Below, piece by piece: positions 17,988-27,140 of a stretch of DNA of 64,000 nt; position 1 is the stretch's first letter; every line of letters starts with the position of its first letter. The DNA is from an uncultured Pseudomonadota bacterium (GTDB taxonomy: Bacteria > Myxococcota_A > Polyangia > Fen-1088). The position numbers were made by a program, and so were the translations under genes. The stretch lies in assembly GCA_963847705.1 (NCBI GenBank), contig CAWKBC010000027.1, forward strand, positions 64,001 through 128,000, in the 5' to 3' direction. A model generated the notes under the pieces. It did not search any database, was not told the DNA's origin, and saw only the letters and a list, made by a program, of their open reading frames with translations.

Positions 17988-20491
17988 CTAGGGCACCGGA
18001 AGCGGCGTGACCTTCCAGATGTCGCGCGCGTACTCGTGAATGGTGCGGTCGCTGGAGAAGCGGCCGGAGGCGGCGACGTTCAGCAGCGCCTTCTGCGCCC
18101 AGGCGTCAGGCGTGGTGTAGAGCTCAGCCACGCGGTCCTGGCTCGCCGCGTACGACCGCAGATCGGCCAGGTGCATGTAGTAATCGCCCTCCAGGAGCCG
18201 GTGGCGGAGCGGCTCGAAGACCCCCGGCTCACCGGGGCTGAACGCGTCGGAGAACAGCTCGTCGATGGCCTGGCGGACCTCCGGCTGATTCCAGTAGTGC
18301 CACATCGGACGGTACCAGCCGCGACTGCCGGTCACCTGGGCCGCCGTCAGCCCGAACAGGAAGAAGTTCTCCTCGCCGGCCGCGCGCGCCATCTCCAGCG
18401 TGGCACCGTCACGGGTGCCCAGTGTGAGCGCGCCGTTCATCATGAACTTCATGTTGCTGGTGCCGCTGGCCTCGTAGCCGGCGGTGGAGATCTGCTCGGA
18501 GATGTCGGCCGCCGGGATCAGGCGCTCGGCCAGGCTGACGCTGTAGTCGGGCAGAAACACCACCTTGATCCGGTCGCGCACCACAGGATCGGCCGCCAGG
18601 CCGGCCGCCACATTGTTGATGAGCTTGATGGTCAGCTTGGCGATCTGATAGGCGGGCGCGGCCTTGCCGGCGAAGAAGAACGTTCGCCGCGGCATCGTCA
18701 GCCCCGGATTGGCGCGGAGGCGCTGGGAGAGCAGGACGATGTTCAGCACGTTCAGGAGCTGCCGCTTGTACTCGTGGAAGCGCTTGATGTGGCAGTCGAA
18801 CAGCGTGTCGGGATCGACGGAGAGGCCCGTCGTCTCGGCCAGCCAATCGGTGAAGCGACCCTTGGCGCGGCGCTTCGCCGCCTGGAACTTCGCGCGAAAG
18901 CCCTGGTCCTGGGCCAGCGGGGCCAGCTGCCGCAGCTGTTCCAGGTCGGTGATCCAGCGGTCGCCGATGGCCTCGGTGATGAGCGCCGCCAGCTCGGGGT
19001 TGGCCACCAGCAGCCAGCGCCGGGGGGTCACGCCGTTCGTCTTGTTGTTGAAGCGCTCCGGAAAGATCGCCGCAAAGTCGGGCATCAGCTGGGTGCGCAG
19101 CAGCTCCGAGTGCATCTCGGAGACGCCGTTGGTGCTGTGCGAGCCGAGGATGGCCAGGTGGGCCATCCGCACCGATCGTACCGGGTGCTCCTCGATCAGG
19201 CTCATGCGCTCCGAGCCGCGCGCCATCGTCCCGCGCGATTCGGCCGCGCACCTGGCTCAGGAACCGCGCGTTGATCTCGTAGATCAGCTGCAGGTGGCGG
19301 GGCAGCAACGTCTCGAACAGCTCCACGGGCCACTTCTCCAGGGCCTCCGGCAGCAAGCGTGTGGTTGGTGTAGGCGAGGGTGCGGACCGTGAGATCCCAG
19401 GCCATCTCCCAGGACAGCTTGGCCTGGTCCAGCAGGATGCGCATGAGCTCGGCGACGGCCAGCGCGGGGTGGGTGTCGTTCAGCTGGATGCAGACCTTGT
19501 CCGGCAGCGCCGGCCAGTCGTTGCCGCGCCGGCGGAAGCGCTCGATGATGTCCCCCAGCGAGCAGCAGACCAGGAAGTACTCCTGGATGAAGCGCAGCGA
19601 GCGCCCCTGCTGGCGCGAGTCGTCCGGGTAGAGGACGCGGGTGGTCGTCTCGGCGATCACGCGGTCGGAGACGGCGCCGAAGAAGTCACCGTCGCTGAAC
19701 TCGCTGAAGTTGAAACCGTCCATCGTGGAAGCGCCCCACAGCCGGAGCGTGTTGATGGTCTTGGCGCCGTAGCCGACGACGGGGCGGTCGAACGGCACGC
19801 CGACCAGCCGCATCGGCTGCCCGGGCCGGGCGACGATCTGCCCGTGCCGGAGCACGAACGAGGTCTCCAGTTCCACCGAGGTGCACTGGTGCGGGCGCGC
19901 CACCTCCCAGGGATCCGCGTGGCGCAGCCAGTTGTCCGGCCGCTCGCGCTGCCAGCCGTCCTCGATGACCTGCCGGAAGATCCCGTAGTCGTAGCGGAGA
20001 CCGTACGCCATGCAGGGGTACTCCAGCGTCGCCATCGATTCGATGAAACAGGCCGCCAGGCGGCCGAGCCCGCCGTTCCCCAGCCCGGCGTCCGGCTCCT
20101 GCTCGGCCAGCTTGCGCCAGTCCTGTTTGTCGGACTGCAGGTCCTCCTCGACGAAGCTCCGGACCCCCATGTTGACGACGTTGTTCGTCAACGCGCGGCC
20201 GATCAGATACTCCATCGAGATGTAGTAGATGTCCTTGCCGTTCGCGAGATCCTGCGTCTTCTTGGTCTGCACCCAGCGCTGCATCAAGAGATCGCGCAGC
20301 GAGCGGGCCAGCGCCTCGAAGCGCTGGCGCGGGTGGGCGCGCGAGGCGTCCACGGCGTTGTCGAACATCAGGTGACGATCGTAGAGGCCGGGATCGCGAA
20401 ATCGAAAAGGTCCAATCTCGAAGCGACGCAGCTCGGGCCGATCGTCGGGGGCTGCGCCGGGCTTGGCCGGCGGCGCTGGCTTGTTGGTCAT
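17988..20491 (-). CDS. glgP: Glycogen/alpha-glucan phosphorylase split by two single-base frameshifts (~19355 and ~19212)
   Basis: [29 protein letters not shown]|[39 protein letters not shown] spread over three frames. Confidence 0.9.
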
Positions 20492-20613
20492 GCGGTTCCC
20501 TTCTCCCGTTTTCGCGACGGCGGTGAGTGTAGCCCACGCGGCGCATCGGGGGCCCGTGGCCGTCGATTCGGGTGACGGGCCGAAGGCCAGCGGCTAGAGT
20601 AGCGGCGTCTCGA

Positions 20614-20655
20614 GCGAGGATGGCGAAACTGGTAGACGCGCCAGATTTAGGTTCT
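20614..20655 (+). tRNA. 5' fragment of tRNA-Leu (anticodon TAG), truncated after the anticodon loop
   Basis: GCGAGGA-TG-GCG-AAACTGGTAGA-CGC-G-CCAGA-TTTAGGT-TCT, then unrelated sequence with no variable arm, T-arm or 3' acceptor strand. TAGAGT -10-like box at 20595-20600. Confidence 0.8.
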
Positions 20656-20756
20656 CGATTCTCGTGACCTGAGGCGAAGGAAGTGCAGTAGTTAAGTTAG
20701 CTCCGAGCTTGTCCGCAGCTGTCCGCAGGAAAACCCGCGCCACCATCGGCACTTGC

Positions 20757-20954
20757 GTGGACGTCGCCAAGGAGTCGGCCGACATGATCCTCGTCGAGAA
20801 GTTGCTCCGCGTTCTCGACGAGGGTGTGCTCGAAGGCCGCGAGGTGTTCGCCAACATCAGCAAGTACGTCCGCATGGGCGCCTGGAGCAACTTCGGCAAC
20901 ATTTCCAGCGTACGCGGGGCCAGCATCTTCGTGCCCTTGCTGCCGATGGTGCCG
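20757..20954 (+). pseudogene. Internal fragment of an mgtA paralog
   Basis: VDVAKESADMILVEK...VPLLPMVP is nearly identical to mgtA at ~29064-29261. Confidence 0.85.
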
Positions 20955-21035
20955 CTTCGGGGATGGGCTCGCACATCGTTGCGATCGGGAGGGACTGGTG
21001 CTGTCCCGCCGTGGCCAGTATTTCGGCTTCGGTGC

Positions 21036-22031
21036 TCAGGTGACCCTGTTCGCGATGGGGGCGCCTTGTTCGAAAAGGGTGATGTTCTCCAAGGTGGTGA
21101 TCGCGATGTCGCGAAGCGCCTGGGCGGTGAAGAAGGCCTGGTGCCCGGTGATGATGACGTTTGGGAGAGTGAGGAGGCGCGCGAAGATATCGTCTTGCAC
21201 GATGTCCGCTGAATGATCCTCAAAGAAGAGGCGATCTTCTTCCTCGTAGACATCGATCGCGAGCCCGCGGAGGCGCCCCATCTTGAGCGCTTCCACCATG
21301 GCGGCGGTGTCGATGAGGGCGCCCCGACTGGTGTTCACCACCAGGGCATTGGGGCGCATCCTGGCGATGCGGGTGGCATCGAGGAGATGGTGCGTCTCCG
21401 GGGTCAGGGGACAGTGGAGGGTGATCACGTCGGAGGCTCCAAGAAGCTCTTCGAGCGGCACGTACCGGACGCCAAGCTCAGTGCACGCAGGGTCCTGGGC
21501 AATATCGGTGGCCAGCAGCGTGACGCCGAATCCCGAAAGGACGCGTGCCACCGTGGCGCCGATCTTACCGGTCCCGACGATCCCGACCGTGCTTCCGTGA
21601 AGCTCGGTGCCGAGCAGCCCCTCGAGAGAGAAATTGCCGTCGCGAACCCGGTTGAGCGCCCTGTTGATCTTTCGTTCGAAGGTCAGGATCAGAGCCAGGG
21701 TGTGCTCGGCCACGGCGTACGGCGAGTAGCCCGGGACGCGAGCCACCGCGATCCCGCACCGGCGCGCGGCCTCGAGGTCCAGGTTGTTGAATCCAGCGGA
21801 GCGGAGGGCGATGAGACGGGTCCGTCCAGCGGCCAAGGTGGCAAGGACGTTCGCGTCGATCCGGTCGTTGACGAATGCGCACACGGCTGGATAAGTCGCA
21901 CCGATCGAGGCCGTCTCGGACGAAAGACGCGCTTCCAAAAACACCAGCTCGTGTGCCACCGGCGACCGAGCGTTCGCTTCCAGTAAGGATTCTCGATCGT
22001 ATCGCTTCGCGCTGAAAACCCCGACCCTCAT
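21036..22031 (-). CDS. ldhA: D-lactate dehydrogenase / D-2-hydroxyacid dehydrogenase
   Basis: ALRSAGFNN, VPGYSPYAVAEH, GTGKIG, NTSRG, DVYEEE, TGHQAFFT. Confidence 0.9.
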   Translation of the reverse strand: MRVGVFSAKRYDRESLLEANARSPVAHELVFLEARLSSETASIGATYPAVCAFVNDRIDANVLATLAAGRTRLIALRSAGFNNLDLEAARRCGIAVARVPGYSPYAVAEHTLALILTFERKINRALNRVRDGNFSLEGLLGTELHGSTVGIVGTGKIGATVARVLSGFGVTLLATDIAQDPACTELGVRYVPLEELLGASDVITLHCPLTPETHHLLDATRIARMRPNALVVNTSRGALIDTAAMVEALKMGRLRGLAIDVYEEEDRLFFEDHSADIVQDDIFARLLTLPNVIITGHQAFFTAQALRDIAITTLENITLFEQGAPIANRVT

Positions 22032-22060
22032 GCGCTGAGCTTACCGTTTTCCCTGGGCGG

Positions 22061-22219
22061 TCACCGCCAGCGCGTACCGGTGGCGATCACTGCCAGGGCT
22101 GCCTCGGCGCAGGGAACTACGTCTGCGTCATATCCAGAAATGCGGGCAATCTCGCAGAGGTTTTCGCCGAGCGAGACATCGTCCTCCACGAACAGGATGC
22201 GGCCCCGGCATGGATCCAA
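22061..22219 (-). pseudogene. Truncated response-regulator receiver remnant
   Basis: RILFVEDDVSLGENLCEIARISGYDADVVPCAEAALAVI, then a stop before the phospho-Asp; resembles the receivers at 50644-51372. Not in the ORF track. Confidence 0.65.
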
Positions 22220-22271
22220 GCCGCGGTGCTCACGAGGTGGCGGGTCGCAGGTCAGCCAGCGCCGCGATCGG

Positions 22272-22772
22272 TCAGGCGTGCGTTTGAATCCGAAGGTGGT
22301 CCGTCACCGAACGTACGCCCCGCGTTCCTCGCACGGCTCCGAGAACGGCTTCCTTCTCCTGCCACGTGTGGACGATCCCTGTGACTTTCACCTCGCCGTC
22401 GGTGGCGTGCAGATCGATGCGTTCGGCTTCGCGCTCCGCATGCCGCTCCAGCGCCTTCTCGACCGCCTTGCGCGCCTCATCGATGTTGACGCGGTCTTTC
22501 GGCTGGACCTCGATCTGGTTGATCACAGCTTTGACGCCGGCGAGCCGTTCGACTGCCCGCTCGGCGTCGACCTTCTGCGTCCAGTAAGTGACCTGGCCTT
22601 CCAGCGTGACGATGCCGTGAGAGACGGTCGTCTTCACCTGCTTCTCGGGGATCAGCGAGTCCCACTCCAGTGCGTGTCTCACAGCTTGCGCGATATCGGT
22701 GTCGGTCTTCGAGATGGTCCCGGGCAGCTTGACGCTGAGATCGTTCGCGACATCCAGGACGCCTACGATCGC
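22272..22772 (-). pseudogene. BON-domain (OsmY-like) protein, 5'-truncated
   Basis: GVLDVANDLSV..DTDIAQAVRHALEWD..GIVTLEGQV..GVKAVINQIEV..GVRSVTDHL; first BON domain mostly missing and no start codon upstream of the homologous part. Confidence 0.75.
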
Positions 22773-22882
22773 GTCACTCGCGCGGAGGATCGGGCGCTGA
22801 GCGCCAAAGCCGATTGCGTCCGCGCCGCTCTTGGAGCTGTACTTCCAGAGCCTTCAGGGGACCCGAAAACCCGCCTCTAGCA

Positions 22883-23500
22883 TCATTTGGCCTCCGCCGA
22901 CTTGGCTCGAGCGTCCTCGCGCTGTTCGTAAAGGTGCTCCCGATAGTCGGAAGCGATCTCTCGCGCTTTTGTTTGTTGCGCTTCGGTGAACGCGCTCTCG
23001 ACGTCAAGATAGGCCTTCGTGTCATTTTCATCCAAGCGGTCCTCGAGCGTTGCCGTGCGATCGGCCTGCTTTCCGCCACCGGATCCCGAAGCGGGAGATC
23101 GGCCACCCATTCTCCCACCGTGCATGCCACCGCCGCGCATGCCGCCTCCCATCCCACCCCCCTGCATGCCCTGAGGGGCCCCGCTGCTGCCGGAGCGGGT
23201 ACCACTCGATGAGACCGACTGCCCCTTCTGGCTCCTCTTTTCCATCTCCTCCCGAACGACCGCGTCCTCTTTTTCCCGCTCTTGGTCCCTCTGCTCCATC
23301 TCGCTGACTTGGTCGTCCGTGAGCCCGAGCTCTGCTCGGTGAAGGACCACTGCGGCGATGGAGGATCGCGGCAAGGGCGGCAGAGGTATTGGAATGGCCC
23401 GAACAGCAGGTGCAATAGGCTGCGGGGGCGGTGGCTCACTGGCGCACGCCATCTGGGACATAATCAACGCGAGGAAGAAGCCGAGGCGAGTAGTCCGCAT
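22883..23500 (-). CDS. Hypothetical lipoprotein, Spy/CpxP-like LTxxQ motifs with Gly/Met linker
   Basis: Signal plus Cys; ELGLTDDQV and FTEAQQ helices. Confidence 0.55.
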   Translation of the reverse strand: MRTTRLGFFLALIMSQMACASEPPPPQPIAPAVRAIPIPLPPLPRSSIAAVVLHRAELGLTDDQVSEMEQRDQEREKEDAVVREEMEKRSQKGQSVSSSGTRSGSSGAPQGMQGGGMGGGMRGGGMHGGRMGGRSPASGSGGGKQADRTATLEDRLDENDTKAYLDVESAFTEAQQTKAREIASDYREHLYEQREDARAKSAEAK

Positions 23501-23649
23501 ATTCCAGGTCTGGCCTTGGATTGGTTATGGGGGTTGCCTCGGCTCCGGCGAAGTGAGCCCAACCCGATCCTTGGATTTATTGCCCAGTGTCTTTGCGCAC
23601 AAATGCAGAGCGCATCGATGGCGGCGACGCCGCCCCTGGTCTGCCGTTT

Positions 23650-23883
23650 TCAACCGGCGAGCAAATCGCCGTTATCTGCCGCCGGGGCCGCCACGGTTCG
23701 TTTCGCCTTGCTGGAGAGTCCGCCTTTCCGGCCGGCGACCCGGGCGGCGGCCGAATCCCATTCGTGGGCCGAGCCCTTGAGGTGGGCCAATACGCCCCCC
23801 TTGCGGCTGATTGCGCTGCGCGCTTCCGGGGTGAGGGCGGCAAAACCACGTGGTTTCCTGAGTGCATTTACATCAGAGTTCAT
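23650..23883 (-). CDS. KGG-repeat general stress protein (YciG/GsiB-like)
   Basis: RGFAALTPEARSAISRKGG...AHEWDSAAARVAGRKGG. Confidence 0.85.
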   Translation of the reverse strand: MNSDVNALRKPRGFAALTPEARSAISRKGGVLAHLKGSAHEWDSAAARVAGRKGGLSSKAKRTVAAPAADNGDLLAG

Positions 23884-24149
23884 TGCTTCACTTCCTGCTT
23901 CGTCTTCCGGTCGAGATCGTGGGACGCGACAGGGCCTTCGGGCCCTTCGTCTCTCCGTGCGTAAACCGGATCTGAGCACGCGGAGCGCGCCATGCGCGCA
24001 TTCCGGATCAACTTCATGTTTGTTGTGACACGGCCATTCGACTTTGCAAGGACCGCGCGTCCGCGACCTTGGTCGGCTGATCGTGGGGGCGATCGGGTCA
24101 CTCGTTCGTGTGGGACGACCTCACCTGGAAGGAGCTCCCGCGGGTCTGG

Positions 24150-24910
24150 TCAGCGATGGTTTCCATCTGACGCAACCTTGGATGGACTTCGGTCTCGCGG
24201 CGGCCTCAGAGGACCAGAGTCGGTGGCAGGATCCTCACGGCCGGTTCGTGCGTCCCCCGCGATCGGTGCCAGGGTCTCGCTGGCCACCATGACCGCATTA
24301 CCACCCCGTCGCTTGGCGTCGTAAAGTGCAGTGTCCGCGGCCTCGACGAGCTGAGCGGGGTCGGCCGTCCGGCTTGAGGCCGAGGCGACGCCGAACGAGG
24401 CGGTGACCACAATGGCCTCGCCGTGAAAGCGCGTAGGCTGATCTTCGATCCGAGCGCGAGCCCGTTCCGCCCATGCCGAGGCGTCGGCCGCTCCGGTGTG
24501 CGGCAGGATTGCCGCCAGCTCTTCGCCACCGTAGCGCGCGATCACGTCGCCAGCTCGCTTCCCGCTCTCGAGCAAGGCGGCGACGTGCCGGAGTACCTCA
24601 TCTCCGGCCAGGTGCCCGTGGCGATCGTTCACCGTCTTGAAGCGATCGAGGTCGATCATGACGAGGGTGCAGGGGACGCCATATCGCCGAGTCCGGACCA
24701 ACTCCATGTTCAGCCGCTCATCGAAGCTTCGCGACGACCGATCAGCCTGCCGACGATGGCAAAGATCGCCATGCCTCCAACCGCGAGGGCCAGGGAAAGG
24801 CGAAAGGGATCGAACCTGTGCCCGGTGGCTGTCGCACGAATGAAGAGGCCGACCGGAGCCAGGAGTCCGGCAGAGGCTCCCAGCAACGTGTAGCGGGTCG
24901 AGATCTTCAC
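24150..24910 (-). pseudogene. Membrane-anchored diguanylate cyclase with internal deletion/frameshift near 24725
   Basis: 2-TM N-terminus (24710-24910) is out of frame with the GGDEF domain (IDLDRFKTVNDRHGHLAGD, RYGGEEL); the D-x-LTG-x-x-NR start of the domain is missing. Confidence 0.75.
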
Positions 24911-24951
24911 GGGTCGCCTCTGCTATCTGCGGTCCGTAGGTCCTTGCTGCA

Positions 24952-25320
24952 CTAAACCGTCGCCGACAGCAGTGAGAGCAAGGTCTCTGCCCGGTCGCTG
25001 AAACCGGGGACGTCGGGCGTCACGTGCCGCGATGCGCTCGCCAACTGGTCTACGAGCTGTGACAGCACGCCGGCGTTGCGCCGACCGACCGCGAGCACCC
25101 CGCGCCCGGTCTGCTGCCGGAAGAAGGCGACGACCTTCTCCATCGTGTAGCGCCTCCCGGCACCCGTCTGCTGCTCCATGTCTCCGATCATCTCCCGGAT
25201 GACCGGGAGCTGGCGTCGCAACAACGAGCGTGCTTCCTCGTGAGCGCCGACGGGAGCCAGCAAGACTGCGGGCATCGGGGCCGAGCCCTCGTATTCGGCG
25301 TGCCGGATCGATTCGCTCAT
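24952..25320 (-). CDS. Hypothetical protein
   Basis: 122-aa ORF with AGGAG RBS and an upstream sigma-54 promoter. Confidence 0.6.
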   Translation of the reverse strand: MSESIRHAEYEGSAPMPAVLLAPVGAHEEARSLLRRQLPVIREMIGDMEQQTGAGRRYTMEKVVAFFRQQTGRGVLAVGRRNAGVLSQLVDQLASASRHVTPDVPGFSDRAETLLSLLSATV

Positions 25321-25362
25321 CGTGATCTCCTGCTGTCGTCGTCAGGGAGCGGAGCAGGAGTT

Positions 25363-25378
25363 TGCAATAAACGTGCCC
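25363..25378 (-). promoter_or_regulatory. Sigma-54 -24/-12 promoter
   Basis: GGGCACGTTTATTGCA. Confidence 0.7.
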
Positions 25379-25421
25379 AGGTTCTGCCGCCAGGAGACTC
25401 AGGACCAATCGAAACGGATTC

Positions 25422-25466
25422 GCGCGAACTTTGCGCAGGCTCGGAGTTGAGCTGCAAGGGCTGCGC
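25422..25466. promoter_or_regulatory. Paired palindromic activator sites
   Basis: GCGCG-aactt-TGCGC and CTGCA-agggc-TGCGC, 30 bp apart. Confidence 0.6.
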
Positions 25467-25563
25467 GATCGTCTGGCGGTGGCCCAGGAGAGGACACCTC
25501 GGTCAGTCGGTTGCGCCCTGCCGGGTTGTCTGCGAGGCTCGCAGCGACTGGGAGGAATGCTCG

Positions 25564-26088
25564 ATGAACTCGGAATGGCATGAGCGACATGTCCTGCCGA
25601 GGGGGGCGTCCCGTGAACAACGGATCGTCTGGCATCGCGAGCACCAGGAGCAGTGTGCCTGCCGTCCGATTCCTGCGAAGCTCCAGGAGGAGATGGCGGA
25701 CCTCCCCAACAGGAGGAGGGAGACCACGATCGATGCGTATCTGGCCAAGGTCAGCGCGAAAAATCGAGGCCTCCTCCGGCAGGTGCGCAAGACGATCCAT
25801 GCCACCGTTCCCGGTGTCGAAGAGTGCATCAGCTACCGCCTTCCCGCGTTCCGCCTGCATGGCAAGATCGTCGCTGGATTCTCGGCGACCTCCAAGGGCT
25901 GTTCCTACTACCCGTTCAGCGGGACGACGCTCAAGACGCTGGCGGCCGATATAGAGGGGTACAGCCACACGAAGAGCGCCCTCCACTTCGGCCCCGACAG
26001 GCTGCTGCCGACGTCACTCATTCGCAAGCTGCTCAGGGCGCGCATCGCCGAGACCCGACGCCACGCTCCGCGAACCAGTGAGCGCTGA
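25564..26088 (+). CDS. DUF1801 (YdhG-like) protein with His/Cys-rich N-terminal extension
   Basis: TIDAYLA..EECISYRLPAF..CSYYPFSG..KSALHF; N-terminal WHERH..WHREHQEQCACRPIP. Confidence 0.75.
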   Translation: MNSEWHERHVLPRGASREQRIVWHREHQEQCACRPIPAKLQEEMADLPNRRRETTIDAYLAKVSAKNRGLLRQVRKTIHATVPGVEECISYRLPAFRLHGKIVAGFSATSKGCSYYPFSGTTLKTLAADIEGYSHTKSALHFGPDRLLPTSLIRKLLRARIAETRRHAPRTSER

Positions 26089-26250
26089 TAGATTCCGGCA
26101 CAGATCGGCCCGCGTCGACCAAGATAGCCTCCACGTCGTGGTGGTCGTCGACGTCGCCATGCAGGCAGGTAGCGCAAACAAAGGGACAGCGATGCACAAG
26201 TACCTTTCAGTCGAGCTCCGTATCGAGCCTCCGTCGCGCCACAGACACCA

Positions 26251-26266
26251 AGCATCGTTCGTGCCG
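26251..26266 (-). promoter_or_regulatory. Sigma-54 promoter facing a lipoprotein remnant
   Basis: CGGCACGAACGATGCT; palindrome CCGCA-gtatt-TGCGC upstream at 26341-26355, weaker partner at 26372-26386. Confidence 0.55.
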
Positions 26267-26380
26267 GATACGCAGCCCCCCAGTCGCGAGGTCAGGGTGG
26301 AGCGCAGCGCGCCAAGCGACCGGTTTGCGGAGCCTGCTCTCCGCAGTATTTGCGCGAGAGATGCGGCTTGGGCGCAGCAA

Positions 26381-27007
26381 TCACGCGCCCCTAGATCCCG
26401 CGTCGGTCCGCCAGCAGAGCACCTTTGGATCCTTCCGCGAGGTGGCCGGCGTTTCGCCGCTCGGTAGGCCGACGACGATCGGAGCGACGACTTGGATCTC
26501 AGGCGGGATCCCCAGCTCCGCCTTGACGTCCGGACGGTTGAGCACCGGCACTGCGAACCCGATGCAGCAGGTGCCGAGGCCCATCGCACAGGCCGCGAGC
26601 ATGAGATTCTCGGCGGCCAGCCAACAGTCAGCAGTCGCGAAAGTGGCCGACGGCGCGCAGATCGCGATGAGCGTCCCCGCATCGTGAAAAATGTTGAAAT
26701 CGGGGTGCGAGAAGAGCGCGGCAGCCCGGGCGGTCGAGCCGGCTGCCGGGTGGGCGAGCGCGTGCGGCTGGTCGGGTTCGGCGGTCCAGCCCTCCTTCGC
26801 CAGGTCGGAATACCGGCGGAGAAGAGCTCGATCTCGCACCACCGCGAAGGCCCACGGCTCCGCGTGCATCGCGGTCGGCGAGCGCACGGCCATTGTGAGC
26901 AGCTCGCGCACAGTTTCTTCACCGACTGCGTCGGGGCGATAGGCTCGCACGGCTCGACGCTTGGCGATGGCTTCGAAAACGGTCATCAGTCTGGCGGCGT
27001 TGGACAT
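26381..27007 (-). CDS. Nitroreductase family protein
   Basis: AIAKRRAVRAY, SPTAMHAEPWAF, AAENLMLAACAMGLGTCCIG. Confidence 0.9.
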   Translation of the reverse strand: MSNAARLMTVFEAIAKRRAVRAYRPDAVGEETVRELLTMAVRSPTAMHAEPWAFAVVRDRALLRRYSDLAKEGWTAEPDQPHALAHPAAGSTARAAALFSHPDFNIFHDAGTLIAICAPSATFATADCWLAAENLMLAACAMGLGTCCIGFAVPVLNRPDVKAELGIPPEIQVVAPIVVGLPSGETPATSRKDPKVLCWRTDAGSRGA

Positions 27008-27019
27008 GACCATCGCTGG

Positions 27020-27080
27020 TGCAAGCAGGCGGCCAATTCCGCGCGGCACAACCCGGTGAGGCGATGGCACGAGATCTGCT
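27020..27080. promoter_or_regulatory. Divergent sigma-54 promoters (nitroreductase and mgtA)
   Basis: Minus 27020-27035 TGGCCGCCTGCTTGCA; plus 27065-27080 TGGCACGAGATCTGCT. Confidence 0.65.
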
Positions 27081-27140
27081 CCGTTCGACTCGGAGAGAGA
27101 CAGATGATGCTGTGGACGCTGACTCCGATATAAGGACGTC

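Noticed and set aside
19200-19360. Two frameshifts in glgP as programmed frameshifting or pseudogenisation
   Set aside because: Each is one extra base doubling a nucleotide (CT-T-G, CTC-G-GAG) in an otherwise intact gene. Similar single-base indels occur at ~232, ~30650 and ~49736. Sequencing error is the simplest explanation; raw reads are needed to confirm.
20614-20700. Intact or intron-containing tRNA-Leu
   Set aside because: No T-arm or acceptor 3' strand follows, and the break is in the anticodon stem rather than at a group I intron position.
22100-24060. Additional enhancer-like sites near 22107-22165 and 23595
   Set aside because: Half-sites or spacer length deviate from the consensus, and there is no 30-bp partner or clear -24/-12 motif.
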